The translations under genes were made by a program, and so were the position numbers. Positions 26,447-43,000 of a DNA stretch of 64,000 nucleotides are shown piece by piece (position 1 is the first letter of the stretch; every line of letters begins with the position of its first letter). Under the pieces are notes generated by a model that was not told where the DNA came from, ran no database searches, and worked only from the letters and a program-made list of their open reading frames with translations. Source of the DNA: Batkoa obscura (lineage: Eukaryota); contig JASVEC010000003.1 of the NCBI GenBank assembly GCA_030770535.1, positions 496,001-560,000 of the forward strand. The letters are read 5' to 3'.

Positions 26447-27012
26447 TTTAAATACCATTTTTTATAATGCGGCATCTTTATCACTATTCAATATATATTA
26501 TACTTTATTTTAAATCAACTTGGATTTTATTTTTGAAATAAAATTTTTGCTTTTTAAATTAAAATTTGTTTATCACTTGACATCTGTTTTATTATTATGA
26601 TAGTAACGTTTAAATTGTTAAAAATAATCAAAAATTTAGCATCATTAATATACATTGTAAGTACGTTTTAAAGATAAAATAGTATTAAAGTGTGTTTTTA
26701 ATATTTTTTTAAATAGAAATAAACAAAATCCTTAAAGTGAAGTTCTAATATTTCAATGAAAGTGGCTAAATCTGTTACTTTGCTGTATAAAATCATCGTG
26801 GTTTTATCCTCTTCTAATGCAAATTGATCAAGTACTAAGGCATAAAAGGCATATTAGCCAATAATATTCTGCCATACTCAATTTGTCCAATCAAGTACCA
26901 AATTTAGTAGACTCTCTTTTTGACTTTGCAAAAGTAGCCAATTAAGTTAGATCAAGATCCCTTAGCACAGATTGACTATAAATTGAAATCGGAAATAATT
27001 TTTTCGATTAGT

Positions 27013-28487
<1,475 letters not shown>

Positions 28488-28825
28488 GTTCTAAGTGGTT
28501 AATAAGGTTTTTAGTATTATTTAATAAACCCAAATTGTTTACTAAATATTTTAAGTATAGTTTTGTTTTTCACTTTCATGGGGAATTATAAGGTTTGGTG
28601 GCAAGGTTGATAAATGTTCTATTTGTTTTTTATAGCTCAAAAATTTATTAATATAACTACTGTTGTAAACAAATGTAAATAAAATAATCAAATTAGCATT
28701 ATTCATTTTAATTTTTTTTCATAATTTTCAATCATTTCAAACAATTAAATAGCAATTTAACTATGAATCTACCTAATAAGTTAAAGATTAGATTCAATTT
28801 GCTGTTTTTAAAAATGCTTGAAAAC

Positions 28826-31800
28826 TCAAAAATACTCGAAATTTATTTTATTTTTTATATTATCAATGGATCCGAAAAAAACCACTACGCCAAATCGAAC
28901 TCCATCAAAAGCCAACTCACAACCAAGTAATGGTAGTCAACGAGATGGGGGAAAGAAAAGTCTTCAAACTTCGCTTTTGTCTTTTTTTACTAAGATTAAA
29001 AAGAAGTCTTCAGACCTTGGTAGAGAAGAGAATAAATATGAAAATGGAAATGGAAACAAGGAGAATATGACTGGAGATGATAAACTATCTAAAATAAAAC
29101 AAAAATTTGATTTAAATTTGAATAAAGTAAATGACCATGATATGGGCGATAATATTGAACCAGCGATGGAAGAAGAGGTGATAAAAACTAGGGTAAATTG
29201 AAATGAAGAAATGTATTGAAGAAATGATTAAAATATATTTATAGAGTGGGAGACAAACAAGAACCACTAAATATTTGTATTCCAGTGATGAAGAGAATCA
29301 AGGTAAACTTTTATCATCATAAAATATAGTTGTTTAGTAAAAACAAATAGAGAGCGATAAAGAGTATAAAGATGAACCACAAAGTAAGATTGTTAAAGAA
29401 GATTTTGATCTTGATATGGATACAGATGAAGAAAGAGATATATGTAAGATCTCTTTTAAATACTTTTAATCGAAATTTATTTTTTATTAGCCAATTTCCT
29501 CAATCAATTTGATAAAAAGGTAGAAACTATTAAAATTAAACAAAGTCCAGTAATTGTTAATCAAGTAGCTATTTTATTGTAATAAGAAAGAGTAATTAAT
29601 TAAAATTTAAAGGCAATGAATTCACCTAAATCTGGGTCTAATAGACTACAAGTAAAAATAATGTCTTGTTTATTTAATACTTTATTTAATTTTTGCAGAA
29701 TTTTGCTTCTGGTGGTGTCACTAAAAAGGACAGTGGATTTACACCTAGTGTAAGGTTATATTCAAATATTCGATAAATTTATTAATAATCTTAGAAATTA
29801 AAAAATAATGCTGAAGAAAGATATCCTTGGTTAGTCAATGTATTAGATGCGAATAGAAATCCACCAGGTAGGATAATAAGCACAACAATAGAATAAACAA
29901 TAACTAAATAAAACTAGATCACCCAGATTATGACATTCGAACATTATATATCCCACAGAGTGCATGGAATAAATTTACACCATTTGAGCGTCAATTTTGG
30001 GAAATTAAATCCACACATTATGATACTGTAGTATTCTTTAAAAAGGGTAAATTTTATGAGTTATATGAAGATGATGCTATTATTGGCCATCAAAAATTTG
30101 ATTTAAAAGTCACCGATCGAGTCAATATGAAGATGGCAGGATTTCCAGAAGGTAACTTTGAGTTTTGGGCAGGCAAGTTTATTGCTCAAGGGTATAAAGT
30201 AGCCAAAGTAGATCAAATGGAATCTGCAGTTGGTAAAACATTAAGAGAAAAAGAAAACAAAGGTAGAAAAACAGAAAATGTTATTCGAAGAGAGTTAACT
30301 TCGATATTAACAAAAGGTACCTTAGTGGATTCCAATATGATACGTAATGATGAATCAAATTATTGTTTAGCACTTAAGCAAATCAATAATTCATTTGGGG
30401 TCGCTTTAGTTGATACTTCAATGGCAGAGTTTAGAATTGGTGCAATTTATGATGATGCTCAATTATCGAAATTAGAAACCTTTTTTTTGCAATATAAACC
30501 AAAAGAAATTGTATATGAAAAGGGAAGAATAACAAATAGTGTGTTGAAGTTACTTAAGTTATATTTGCCAGATGTTTTAAAGAATCCAATTGCACCTGAG
30601 TTGGAGTTTTATGATCATACTAATACTTTAATGGAGCTTAAAAGAAATCAATATTTTGGTACAGAAGATGTGACGCAATGGCCATCCGCCTTAAATGAAA
30701 TCATGAAGGATCAATTGGCACTTTCTGCTTTTGGAGGTTTAACTTATTACTTACAAACCTTAAAATTAGACAAGGATTTGATTAGTTTAAAAAATATTCA
30801 TACTTTACAAGATAAATGGTCAAAAAACACATTACTATTAGATGGACAAACTTTAATAAATTTACAAATATTAGAAAATTCAGATGAAGGTAAAGAGGGT
30901 ACTTTATTTAACTTAATAAATCATGCCATGACACCAAGTGGTAAGAGATTAGTTAAATTATGGATATGTCATCCATTAAGAGACATCAATTTAATTAATC
31001 AAAGATTGGATGCTATTCAATGTATTATGGATGATATGGAAATTCAAGGTAATTTATAATATAATATAATATAATATAATTATATTTATATTATTATAGA
31101 ATTTTCAAAACGACTGGTAGGAATACCAGATTTGGAGAGAATATTATCAAGAATACATGCAGGATCTATAAATATTAAACAGTTATTAACTGTAATTAAA
31201 GCCTTTAAAGAAATTCAAGTAAAATTTAATTATATTATTATTATTATTTTAGTGTTAATTAATTTTTAGTTGATTTTTAATGAATTGAAACCATTGTTAA
31301 CGAATTCTCAATCTTTATTATTGAAAAAGATAGTTGATGATTTTCCAGATCTTACTGAAAAATTAAGTTATTTTGAACTTGGGTTTGATCATGAGCTTGC
31401 GATTAAAGAAGGTAATCCAACTGTTGATAATTTTTGATACAAGAAATTAAATATAATAGGTATTGTTGTACCATTTGCTGGAGTAGAACAGAAATATGAT
31501 AATATAGAAAATAAAATCAAAGAAGTTGAAACTCAATTTCAAGTATATTTAAATGAACAAAAGAAGACATTAAAGTAATAATAAAATTTATCTTAAAAAA
31601 GTTAAAATTAATCATATTTAGGAATCAAAAATTAGTTTATAAGGATATTAACAGAGAGGTATGTTTAATAGAAGCCCCTGCTGATCTTAAGATACCAAAC
31701 AATTGGATTAAAGTATCTCAAACGAAAGTAATTTATAAAAAGTCAAATAATCAATAGTAACTAACTATTATAATTAATAGGCAGTTAAAAGATATAGAAC

Positions 31801-33197
31801 CCCATTTACGATTAAATTGGTAAAAGAATATGAAGAAACAAAAGAGATAAGAACAGGTATTTTAAAAGAAATCCAAAGAGAAGTCTTATTTAAATTTGAT
31901 CAAAATTACAAAACTTGGATGAAAGCTGTAAATGCTTTATCTACTTTGGATGCTATCTTTTCTTTTTATAAAGCAGCTATCTTAATTGGAGGTAAACTAA
32001 AATTATTCAAGTTAATATAAAATACTTAAATAAGATTTTAGAGCCTTGTACTCGTCCTAAATTTAAAGATCCTGCCACTTCAGATTCTTATTTTAAATTA
32101 GTTAATGCTAGACATCCTTGTTTGTTTCAAAGGTAAAATCATTTTTGATCGATTATTTAATATTAATTTTATTTAGTACTGATTTTATTCCTAATGATGT
32201 TAATCTTGGAGGTAGTGACCCTAATGTTTTGTTATTAACTGGACCAAATATGGGTGGTAAATCAACCATTTTAAGACAAGTAAGTTGTTTTTATTTATGG
32301 GTATATAATAGTAATATTAATATTTAAGATATGTATCATCATTATTATGGCTCAAGTGGGTTGTTTTGTACCAGCAGAATACTGTGAATTAACTCCATTT
32401 GATAGTATCTTTACTAGAATTGGTAGTTATTTAATTGAATCAATTTGAAATAGTTATTAATTTTTTTAGGTGCCAATGATAACATATTGGCTGGGCAATC
32501 TACCTTTATGGTAGAACTTTCAGAAACGAGTCGAATTTTAAAAGAAGCAACCAAAAATTCATTAATTATTTTAGATGAGCTTGGTAGAGGTACATCTACC
32601 TTTGATGGGTAAACTTATTTATTATCGAAATTCGCTAAATATTTAATTAAATATTTAGATATTCTATTGCTTATTCAGTTCTATATTACTTATTACAAAA
32701 GATTCAATGCCTTGGGTTATTTTCTACCCATTATCATATGCTAACAAATGAATTTATCAATTATCCTAAAATTAAAATGATGCATATGGATTGTTTAGTG
32801 TTACCAAATTCAAATAAGGTTCAATTCTTATATAAACTTAAACAAGGGGTTTGTAATAAGGTAAGCTTTTATAAAGGAATAATAGTTAGAATATGTTAAT
32901 GTTTTCTTAAGTCGTATGGTATGAATGTAGCATCCATGGCAGGAATCCCGGATTTGGTAAGTTATTAATAAACCAATATAGAATTTAGTTATACTAATTA
33001 AATATAAAAATTATCAGGTTATCCAATTAGCAGAAAAGAAAGCGAATGAATTTGATGAGATTCATAAGATTGAAAGTAATCAAGAAGAATTGCCATTAGC
33101 TTTGTTGGCTGATTTATCAAATTTAATTCAAAATTTAGATACTGAAAATCAAAATCAAGATTATTTAGCTGCTTGGATGTCCCATTTAAAATTTTAA
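28826..33197 (+). CDS. MSH6: DNA mismatch repair protein Msh6
   Basis: PIP-like 'QTSLLSFF', '[26 protein letters not shown]', P-loop '[10 protein letters not shown]', '[10 protein letters not shown]'. Many introns. Confidence 0.94.
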
Positions 33198-33346
33198 ATA
33201 AACTAAATGTACTGTTTTTTATATAAAAAAGCTATTTTAAAAAAAAATATTATTTTGAATAAACAAATCTCACACTTTTATACAAAAAAATTCATTATTA
33301 TAAAAGAGTTTATTGTTTTCAAATAAAAAATATTGGTTATTTTCAT

Positions 33347-33419
33347 AGCCTAATATGGGGCTCGAACCCATGACCCTGAGATTAAAAGTCTCATGCTCTA
33401 CCGACTGAGCTAATCAGGC
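33347..33419 (-). tRNA. tRNA-Lys (UUU)
   Basis: Reverse complement GCCTGATTAGCTCAGTCGGTAGAGCATGAGACTTTTAATCTCAGGGTCATGGGTTCGAGCCCCATATTAGGCT; anticodon TTT. Confidence 0.97.
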
Positions 33420-33879
33420 GTCTGTTAATTATTGAAAAACAGTCGCTATTAATTTATATCAAGTTAAATTAAAATTGATAAATAATTTTTCAAATTATTT
33501 CCTTCATTTTATTTACTATACTTGTTTTTATAACAAAAATGGTATAATTTTAGCAAACATTATTTATAATATAGAATAATTTTTAAAACATTTTATTTGA
33601 TTAGTTTTATTTTTGTTTTTATATGATTATTATATTTCTTAGTTTAATTTTAGATGGCTACTATATTTTCATTATTCACTTTAATTTTTTTTCTTTTGTA
33701 GGGTGGGTTTCTTTTAAATTCATAAAGTTGTACTCTTTAGCAACCGTTATAATTTATCTATAAACGATTAATACTTTTTTTAGCCTTTGGAATCCATCGA
33801 TATATTAAATGAACAAACTAAATGTCCGATTACAAAAATATCAATTAAGCAAACTAGCAATAATTTATTTCCAAAATAT

Positions 33880-35235
33880 TTAATAGTCATCTTCAACAAC
33901 TTCATCGTTTTGATCAGCAGAGTCAACAGCGACTTCTTGGTAATCTCTTTCGAGGGCAGCAAGATCTTCTCTAGCTTCAGAAAATTCTCCTTCTTCCATA
34001 CCTTCACCAACATACCAATGTACGAAAGCACGTTTAGCGTACATAAGATCGAATTTATGGTCAAGGCGAGACCAAGCTTCAGCAATGGCAGTGTTGTTAG
34101 AAAGAGCACAGACAGCACGTGGTACATGGGCTTGTTCAGAGTCTGGGAAGACAGATGGGGTACGGTTGTTAATACCAACCTTGAAACCACATGGGGACCA
34201 GTCAACAAATTGAATGGTACGGGAGGTTTTAAGTTTAGCAATGATTTGGTTGGTTTCCTTTGGAACAACATCACCACGGTATAAGAGGGCACAAGCCATA
34301 TATTTACCTTTACGTGGGTCACATTTAACCATAACGTTACGTGGTTCAAAACAAGAGTTAGTAATATCATTGACATTCAAAGATTCATGGGAAGCTTTAG
34401 CAGCTGAAATAATTGGAGCATAAGAAACCAATGGGAAATGAATACGTGGGAATGGTACTAAATTGGTTTGGAATTCATTAAGATCAACATTAAGAGCACC
34501 ACCGAAACGGAGGGAAGCAGTGATAGAAGAAACTACTTGAGCAATCATGTTGTTAAGATTTTGGTAGCTTGGACGTTCAATACCAAGATTAGTTTTGCAA
34601 ATATCATAGATAGCTTGATTGTCAACCATGAATGAACAGTCGGAGTGTTCAAGGGTGGTATGGGTGGTAAGGATAGAGTTATATGGTTCAACAACAGAGG
34701 AAGAGATTTCTGGAGCTGGGTAAACAGAGAACTCAAGCTTAGCTTTCTTACCAAAATCGGTAGAAAGACGTTCTAAAAGTAGAGAACCAAAACCGGAACC
34801 AGTACCACCTCCGAAAGAGTGGAAAACAAGGAAACCTTGGAGACCAGCACAGTTATCAGCTAATTTACGGATACGATCCATAACGGGGTCAACAAATTCT
34901 TTACCAACGGTATAATGACCACGGGCATAATTGTTAGCAGCATCTTCTTTACCAGAGATAAGTTGTTCTGGATGGAAAAGGGAACGGAATTTAGAAACAC
35001 GAACTTCATCAATGACAGCTGGTTCTAAATCGACGAAAACGGAGCGTGGTACGTGTTTGCCAGAACCAGTTTCATAGAAAAAGGTACTGAAAGAATCACC
35101 AGCAACATTGTTTGGATTATCACTGTTCATAGAACCATCAGGGTTAATACCGTGCTCTAAACAGTAGAGCTCCCAGCATGAGTTACCGATTTGAATACCG
35201 GCTTGACCAACATGGATAGAAATTACTTCACGCAT
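33880..35235 (-). CDS. TUBA: Alpha-tubulin paralog 1, intronless
   Basis: MREVIS.., GGGTGSG, '[22 protein letters not shown]', C-terminal Tyr. Confidence 0.97.
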   Translation of the reverse strand: MREVISIHVGQAGIQIGNSCWELYCLEHGINPDGSMNSDNPNNVAGDSFSTFFYETGSGKHVPRSVFVDLEPAVIDEVRVSKFRSLFHPEQLISGKEDAANNYARGHYTVGKEFVDPVMDRIRKLADNCAGLQGFLVFHSFGGGTGSGFGSLLLERLSTDFGKKAKLEFSVYPAPEISSSVVEPYNSILTTHTTLEHSDCSFMVDNQAIYDICKTNLGIERPSYQNLNNMIAQVVSSITASLRFGGALNVDLNEFQTNLVPFPRIHFPLVSYAPIISAAKASHESLNVNDITNSCFEPRNVMVKCDPRKGKYMACALLYRGDVVPKETNQIIAKLKTSRTIQFVDWSPCGFKVGINNRTPSVFPDSEQAHVPRAVCALSNNTAIAEAWSRLDHKFDLMYAKRAFVHWYVGEGMEEGEFSEAREDLAALERDYQEVAVDSADQNDEVVEDDY

Positions 35236-35657
35236 TTTTTAAATTATTACTTTTTTATTAATTAGCCTTGCAGGGTAATGGAGTGAGACAATCAATAAAG
35301 AAATCAATAATTCTATAAATTCTGTGTTCCCCTTTTTATTGAGTCATTCATTAGTAAATTTAACCAATGGTTGACGAATACGAAATAGCGACGAATCATA
35401 TTTTAATGGACAAATTTCGAGAATTAATTATGGGAAAAATAAATAGAACATTGATTACAATTTCTACAATTTATTTATTGGAAATTTAGAAATAATAATA
35501 TACTATATTTATTAAACGTATAAAAAATAAGCAATACGATTTACTAGACTATTATCAATAATAAAGAATAAAATAATTAAAATGTCATTGAACGAATCCA
35601 GAATTAAGTTAAATTTTAATAAAACAATAATATGAAATACATTAACATAAAGCATTT

Positions 35658-37646
35658 TTAATTTAAAATTTTACCCAACTTAAGGTATACCCAAACATGT
35701 ACTGTTTTAAAATCTTCAATTTTTTTTTCTTCTTCAACTTCCATTTCCTCTTCGTCATCTTCATTTCCCTTCATTTGTTTTACCTTGGTGGTATAAGCCA
35801 TTAACAGCGGTAACTAAAACAACATATTAAAAACTAAAAAAGATATTTTCTACTAATTGAGCTTACCACCACTTCTTGCCCAGGTTCTCCTTTAGGTATA
35901 ATAGGTAAATAAACACAAGTTGCATTTTTTACTCTTTCATAAACAGCTTGAAATGGTTTATCTGCATTGTAATCTAATTCTTTTATCTGTTCCATTGTTA
36001 CTTTATCAATCTCGATCATTTCTTCTTCATCTTCTTCCATTAAATTCATTTCAGAAGCATTAGTAGCGTTTCCATCTATACTAAATTTTGGACTAATAAA
36101 TTTAATCTATAACATAAATTAATATTACAATATTGTACATTATATTATTCTCTTTAATCTTACTATATGATTAAAAACAGCATCAAATCTTTTTAATGGG
36201 TCTTCAATATAATCTTGTTTCTGTTCCTCAATTTCCAAAATATCATTGATGTCATTTGATTGTCCTTTAATAAACCAAGTATTTGATAATGGAGAATTCA
36301 GGTGAATAAAAGTTTGAAATTTCAATGGGTTAATAAACTTCAACTTTAATATTGACATCTTATCTTTTCTCAATTCAATAACATCATTTTCAATTTTAAT
36401 ATCTGGTACTTCACGACTAAAAAAATACTAAATAAATACTCTAAAAGCCATTGATATCATTTTCTCTTACTATGCTGGACATTTAAAAAAGAATTTATGT
36501 TCTTGGGACGCTTTAACACTTGGATCCGATATAATTTCATTACAATGCGGACATAATTTACTTCTCCTTGATTTCAAATTTTGTCTTTGTGGATATTTCT
36601 TTTCATTTAAATTTAATCCATAATTAAGTATCTCTTCAACTGAAGGAGCTATAAATTAAATAAACGAATAAAACATATCTGATTAATTATTAAATAAAAA
36701 ACTTACCATTCCCATTAATAACATCTTGTTCTTTCTTTTGATTAAATTCTTTAATTTCTTCCATTAGATTCTCATCTTTTTTAATAAACTGTGATAAAAC
36801 TGAGTTATATTTCTTTCCTCTTAACTTGAACAAATCCAAAACTTTAATATCAAAGCCATCGACCTCTTCAATAGCATACAAGTTAGGATTAAAATTAAAA
36901 AAATAAGGTATCATATGCTCAATATCATAATGTAATTGTAAATTATTAACTTCTTTATAACTTAATTCATTATCTCTTTCAAGTTGGGCAATAGTATCTA
37001 GAAAGGAAGCATTATTAGCACCCTATTAAACTCATATAAAATAAAATAAAATAAAATAAAAACTCACTAGCTAAAAACGATAATTTATCTAATTCAATAT
37101 CATCTTCTCTACTATCATATTTACAGCATGAACACCTAAGATGGAATTTTCTAATGCTTTCACTATCTTTAACACTAGTATCTGGTGGAATAGCCATCAC
37201 TCCTAACTTACTTTGTGGTTCTTCAACTGTTTCTAATACGGTTAGACCAGACTGGCATACTGGACAACTTAAACAATTTCTCCAACATCTAAGAATGATC
37301 ATAAGCATCGTCCCCTCATCTCTTTAAAATGAACTACTTACTTCAATTTTTCCGGTTGAGTAATAATACCTTGTATCTCGAATAAACATATTGGACAATA
37401 ATGAAATAATATTTTTTCTTTTATACAACGATAGCAACATATTTTTAAACAGGTATTACAGAAATGATAATTGATTAAAGGTTGGGTTAAACTTTCTACT
37501 TTGTTTATATGGGATAGAAATTCTGTCTGCTGCCCTTGATTGAAACCATTATTGTTGATACAATGACATTGGTATTGTACGCTTTTTTGGCCCATGATTG
37601 GGTGTGTCTCTAATAGCTTTGGGTCTTTCAGTAGGTCAATTCGCAT
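35658..37646 (-). CDS. DCTN4: Dynactin p62 subunit
   Basis: Cys pattern 'FCNTCLKICCYRC..HYCPICLFE..CWRNCLSCPVC..LRCSCC', 'SKLCPHCNEII' and 'LKFINPL'. Confidence 0.8.
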
Positions 37647-38084
37647 TTTTTTTAAATTGAAATAAGTTTTGAAAAAATAAAAAGTTAAGTTCTTGGTTTT
37701 AGTTTAAATTTCACACTAGTTTTTTGGACTTTAGAATTAAATTTATTTTTGATAGTAAAAACAACTAATGACATTGATATAAAAAATGCTATTTTTAGTT
37801 TTTTATAAACTATAAACTAATCATTATTTTATAATGTTTATTTTATATTATATATATTAAATATCTACTTAACTACTAACAAGACACAAGGATACACTGT
37901 AATAGGCCGAGAATAAAATGAACAAATAACAAATTGGATGACGCTTAATCCCAAGTTCGAACCAAAAAACCAATAAGAATCAAAACTTTGAATCAAATGA
38001 CCTTACAAACTCCTTAGCTTCCGTAATAAAGCAACAAACTAAAAAATTTCTTTTTACTTTTTAATACTCTAAACAAAGCTACAA

Positions 38085-39452
38085 ATGAGAGAAATCATTT
38101 CAGTCCATTTAGGGCAATCGGGAGTACAGATAGGTAACGCATGCTGGGAATTATACTGTCTAGAACATGGAATAGATAAGGAAGGTAATAAAATCATTAC
38201 TAATGGGAACAGTGATTCGAACGGAGCCAAAGAAGCACATAGTAATGCCTTTGAAACTTTCTTTTATGAAACATCCAAAGGAAAATACGTTCCTAGAGCT
38301 ATCTTTGCCGATTTAGAACCTTCAGTAATTGATGAGATACGTCAAGGTGAATATAGAACTTTATTTCATCCCGATCAATTGATCACAGGTAAAGAAGACG
38401 CCGCTAACAATTATGCTCGTGGTCATTATACCGTCGGTAAAGAGTTCTTAGAGCCTGTATTGGACAGATTGAATAAACTATGTGAGCGTTCTGAGTCTTT
38501 ACAAGGGTTTTTATTTTTTAATTCATTTGGTGGTGGTACTGGTTCTGGATTTGGATCTTTATTATTAGATTACGTTGCTACCAATTATACTAAAAAATCA
38601 GTATTGAATTTTTCAATTTATCCATCACCCGAGTTATCTTCTGCTGTTGTTGAACCTTATAATTCAGTACTCCATACTCATTCTAGTATTGATCATACCG
38701 ATTGTACTTTTATGATTGATAACCAAGCCGTATTCGAAATATGTAAAAGTAAACTCGGTATTGAACGTCCAGATTATAAAGATTTAAATCAAATCATTGC
38801 TCAAGCAGTATCCTCCGTAACTACTTCTTTAAGATTCAGTGGTCAATTGAATGTAGATTTAGCTGAATTTCAAACCAATTTAGTACCTTTCCCAAGAATT
38901 CATTTCCCATTGACTTCAATGGCACCAATTATATCTAATGCTAAATCAAGTCATGAAACTTTTTCAGTAGCTGATTTAACTACCACTTGTTTTGAACCAG
39001 ATAATGTATTTGTAAAATGTGATCCAAGAAAAGGTAAATATATGTCATGTGCATTATTATATCGTGGTGACGTAACACCGAATGATGTTACTAAAGTCAC
39101 TTCAATTTTAAAAACAAAGAGTACTATACAATTTGTTGATTGGACTCCTTGTGGATTTAAGATTGGTATTTCCAATCAAATACCTACCATTGTTCCAGGT
39201 TCTAGTTTGGCTAAAACTAATAGATCTGTTTGTTTGTTATCAAATAATACAGCAGTGGCTGAAGCTTGGAGAAGATTGGATCAAAACTTTGATCTTATGT
39301 ATGCTAAGAGAGCCTTCGTTCATTGGTACGTTGGTGAAGGTATGGAAGAAGGAGAATTTTCTGAAGCTAGAGAAGATCTTGCTATGCTTGAAAGAGATTA
39401 TCAAGAGATTGTAGGCGAAGGTGAAGATCACGTTGATGATGAGGATTATTAA
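38085..39452 (+). CDS. TUBA: Alpha-tubulin paralog 2 (more divergent), intronless
   Basis: MREIIS.., GGGTGSG, alpha-type C-terminal helix and terminal Tyr. Confidence 0.96.
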   Translation: MREIISVHLGQSGVQIGNACWELYCLEHGIDKEGNKIITNGNSDSNGAKEAHSNAFETFFYETSKGKYVPRAIFADLEPSVIDEIRQGEYRTLFHPDQLITGKEDAANNYARGHYTVGKEFLEPVLDRLNKLCERSESLQGFLFFNSFGGGTGSGFGSLLLDYVATNYTKKSVLNFSIYPSPELSSAVVEPYNSVLHTHSSIDHTDCTFMIDNQAVFEICKSKLGIERPDYKDLNQIIAQAVSSVTTSLRFSGQLNVDLAEFQTNLVPFPRIHFPLTSMAPIISNAKSSHETFSVADLTTTCFEPDNVFVKCDPRKGKYMSCALLYRGDVTPNDVTKVTSILKTKSTIQFVDWTPCGFKIGISNQIPTIVPGSSLAKTNRSVCLLSNNTAVAEAWRRLDQNFDLMYAKRAFVHWYVGEGMEEGEFSEAREDLAMLERDYQEIVGEGEDHVDDEDY

Positions 39453-40045
39453 AGTTATTTTACTGCTTGAAAAATTATAGTCTCCTTTGTTATTTTTATA
39501 TAAAATTAATTAGCTAAGCTAAAAGTTTTTTTTATAAGTGTTAAAGTATTTTATTAAGTTGAATAGATTGAGTTTATATCTTTCTTGATGCTTGCTATTT
39601 TCACAATTGATAAATAAAATCTAAAATTTTAATACTCCTTTTTATCAAAATAAACAGCTAATTTTGGAAAATACATAAGACTACAAAGTTATTTTCAAAT
39701 ATTAGGACAGTTTTAAAATTGTGATTAAAAAAGAAAAAGAGAAATAGTTTGAAACAAATAAAATAAGATGAATTATTTGTCTTTAATAGTAAAACATTTT
39801 CGTATCTTTTTATATTAAAAAATTATTAATACTGAAATAATAGTTTAAAAAAATATGCCCATTTGTTTTTTTATAATTTTTGCAAGGGCTTGACTAAAAA
39901 ATGGTGGGACCGATTTTTAGTAGCCCTTTTTTGCAATTGGAATTTTGCTTAAATTGACTCAAAGACTGTGCAAAACTAAGCTGACCAATAAGCTTAACTA
40001 ACAAATTCATGCTAAAACCCATTTTAATTTTTTAACAAATTACTC

Positions 40046-43000
40046 ATGGCTGAAGAAATAGCAAAAAACAGTCAATATCAATACACAGGTAACTCCAACC
40101 TGGTAATTGAAAATCGTCGTCGTGGAGGAAAAGATGAACCTAGCGGAGACCCAGAGACCTTATATGGTAAGATAGATCCAAAGGAGTTTGGTTCCAAAGC
40201 ATTACGTGAAAAAGTGAATGCACAAGAAAAGGAAAGGCATCGTTCTTCTGATGCTGTACAAGAAAAGAAAAAACGTCGCCGTGAAGAAGCAGCTTTAAAG
40301 AAAGCTTATGGTTATAATTCCGTTTTGGCTGCTACTGATGACTTGGAAGACATTATCTATCGTCCAAAAACAAAGGAAACACAATCCATTTATGAGATGA
40401 TGTTGTCTTTGGTTCAAAGACAACTCGGTGATTTATCCCCTGAGGAACTAAGAAGTGCTACCGATTTTGTGCTTGAAACGCTAAAGAATGATAACTTAAA
40501 AGATAATGACAAGCAAACTCAAATAAAAGGGTTGATCCCAAACACCAATGACGAGGTGTTTACCCAATTATTAAGCTTAAGTAAAAAATTAAATGATTAT
40601 AAAGCCGAAGGTGGAGAAGAAGAAAAAGATGATAATATTGATGGTGAGATTGGTGTAGCTGTAGTTTTCAATGAAGATGAGGAAGACGATATGGACATTG
40701 ACGAAGAAGAGGACGAAGAAGAAGGAGAATATGATGTCCCAATGGATATAAAGTTGGCCAATGATATAGCTCAAGAAGCTATTGAATCAGTTGAAGTTGA
40801 GGAAAAAATAGAGAGTAAAAAAAGTAAAAAAGAGCATGAATTTGAGTCAATACAACCATATGACATAGATAGACATTGGGTTTTACGTTTGGTGAAGAAA
40901 TATTATTCAGATGAGTATGTGGCTTCCCAAAAAACAGAAGAAATGATGGAAATTTTGAATAAGGAAGCTTCACATCGTGAGTATGAAAATGACTTAATGG
41001 CTGTTACAGAGTTTGATCATTACAACTTAATAAATATGCTTGTAAAAAATAGGGATGTAATCGTTTGGACTTTAAGGCTTAAAGAAGCTGGCGAGGACAC
41101 TCAAGAACGTAAAGAATTGGAAGCAGAGATGATCGAAAAAGGATTAGGCCACATCTTAAAATCACTTGAGTCTGACCGTTCCAATAAGAAGGGTTTAGGT
41201 GATTTAGAAAATCGAGGGGCCGATGGTAATGCAAATCGAGAAAATGTGGAGTCTCAAAATGACAACTTGGCACCAAAACAAAAAATAGATTTAGATATGC
41301 TTGCTTTTAACCAAGGAGGTCATTTGATGTCCAATAAAAAATGCTTGCTTCCAGCTGGTTCAACAAAAACAACTCATAAGGGGTATGAAGAGTATAGTGT
41401 CCCAGCGCCAGAAAGTAGACCATTAGGAAGTAACGAACGCCTTGTTCCTATATCTGATCTCCCCAAATGGTCACAAACTAGTTTTGGTACCACCAATTCC
41501 CTTAATCGTGTTCAAAGTCGTGTATTCCCTTGTGCTTTTGAAAAGCTCGAAAACATGCTTTTATGTGCCCCTACTGGTGCAGGTAAGACTAATTGTGCCA
41601 TGTTAACTATTTTAAGAGAGATTCAAGAGAACTATAACTTTGAAACCAATTCCGTTAATTTAGATAATTTTAAAATTGTTTATATTGCCCCCATGAAAGC
41701 TTTAGTACAAGAAATGGTGACTGGATTTTCAAAAAGACTAGAATATTTAAATATTAAAGTTGCTGAACTTACTGGTGATACTCAATTAACTAAGACACAA
41801 ATTGCCGAGACACAAATTATTGTTACTACACCAGAAAAATGGGATGTTATTACACGTAAAGCAACAGATCGCTCGTATACCAATTTAGTACGTCTTATTA
41901 TTATTGATGAAATTCATCTTTTACATGATGATCGTGGTCCAGTATTAGAATCTTTAGTAGCCCGTACTTTAAGATATAGTGAAGAAAATCAAGAACGAGT
42001 ACGTTTAGTAGGACTTTCAGCTACTTTACCAAATTATGAAGATGTTGCTACCTTTTTAAGGGTTAAAAAAGAGAATTTATTCTTTTTTGATTCTTCTTAT
42101 CGTCCATGTCCATTAAAACAACAATTTATTGGTATCACTGAAAAGAAAGCAATTAAACGATTTCAAACAATGAATGAAGTAGCTTATAAAAAGATATTAG
42201 AACAAGCAGGTCAAAATCAAAGTTTAATTTTTGTACATTCTCGTAAAGAAACTGCCAGAACTGCGCAATCGCTTCGTGACATGGCTTTAGATGCTGGTAC
42301 TTTAGCTGAATTTATACCCAATGAATCAAGCAAAGAAATCCTCAATAGAAAAGCAGAGGAGATCAATGATCCAATGTTAAAAGATTTACTTCCTTGTGGT
42401 TTTGCTATCCATCATGCTGGTATGACAAAAGCAGATCGTACCTTAGTTGAAGATTTATTTAGAGATGGTCATATTCAAGTATTATGTTCTACTGCTACTT
42501 TAGCTTGGGGTGTGAATTTACCAGCACATACAGTTATTATTAAAGGTACTCAAATCTATAACCCAGAGAAAGGTAGATGGGCTGAATTAAGTCCACAAGA
42601 TGTACTCCAAATGCTTGGTCGTGCTGGTCGTCCTCAATACGATACCTTTGGTGAAGGTATTATTATTACTACGCATAATGAAATTCAATATTATCTTTCT
42701 TTATTAAATGCTCAATTACCAATTGAATCTCAATTTATCTCTAAGTTGGCTGATAATCTTAATGCTGAGATTGTATTGGGCACTGTACGTACTCGTGAAG
42801 AAGCTGTACATTGGTTAGGATATACTTATCTTTATGTAAGAATGCTTAGAAATGGACCACTTTATGGGATAGCTAATCATGAACAAGAAGAAGATCCATA
42901 TCTTAGACAAAAGAGAGTTGATTTAATTCATTCAGCTGCTAATATTTTGGATAGTTGTCAATTAATTAAATATGATCGCCGCAGTGGTAAATTACAAGGT

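Noticed and set aside
26597..26722. GTAAGT..TAG intron-like segment with a ~21-codon ORF between TOA1 and PRP4
   Set aside because: No recognisable product; cannot be supported without transcripts.
33780..34754. Extra ORFs overlapping the alpha-tubulins (also 38951-39431)
   Set aside because: Shadow frames of a codon-biased conserved gene, with no recognisable product.
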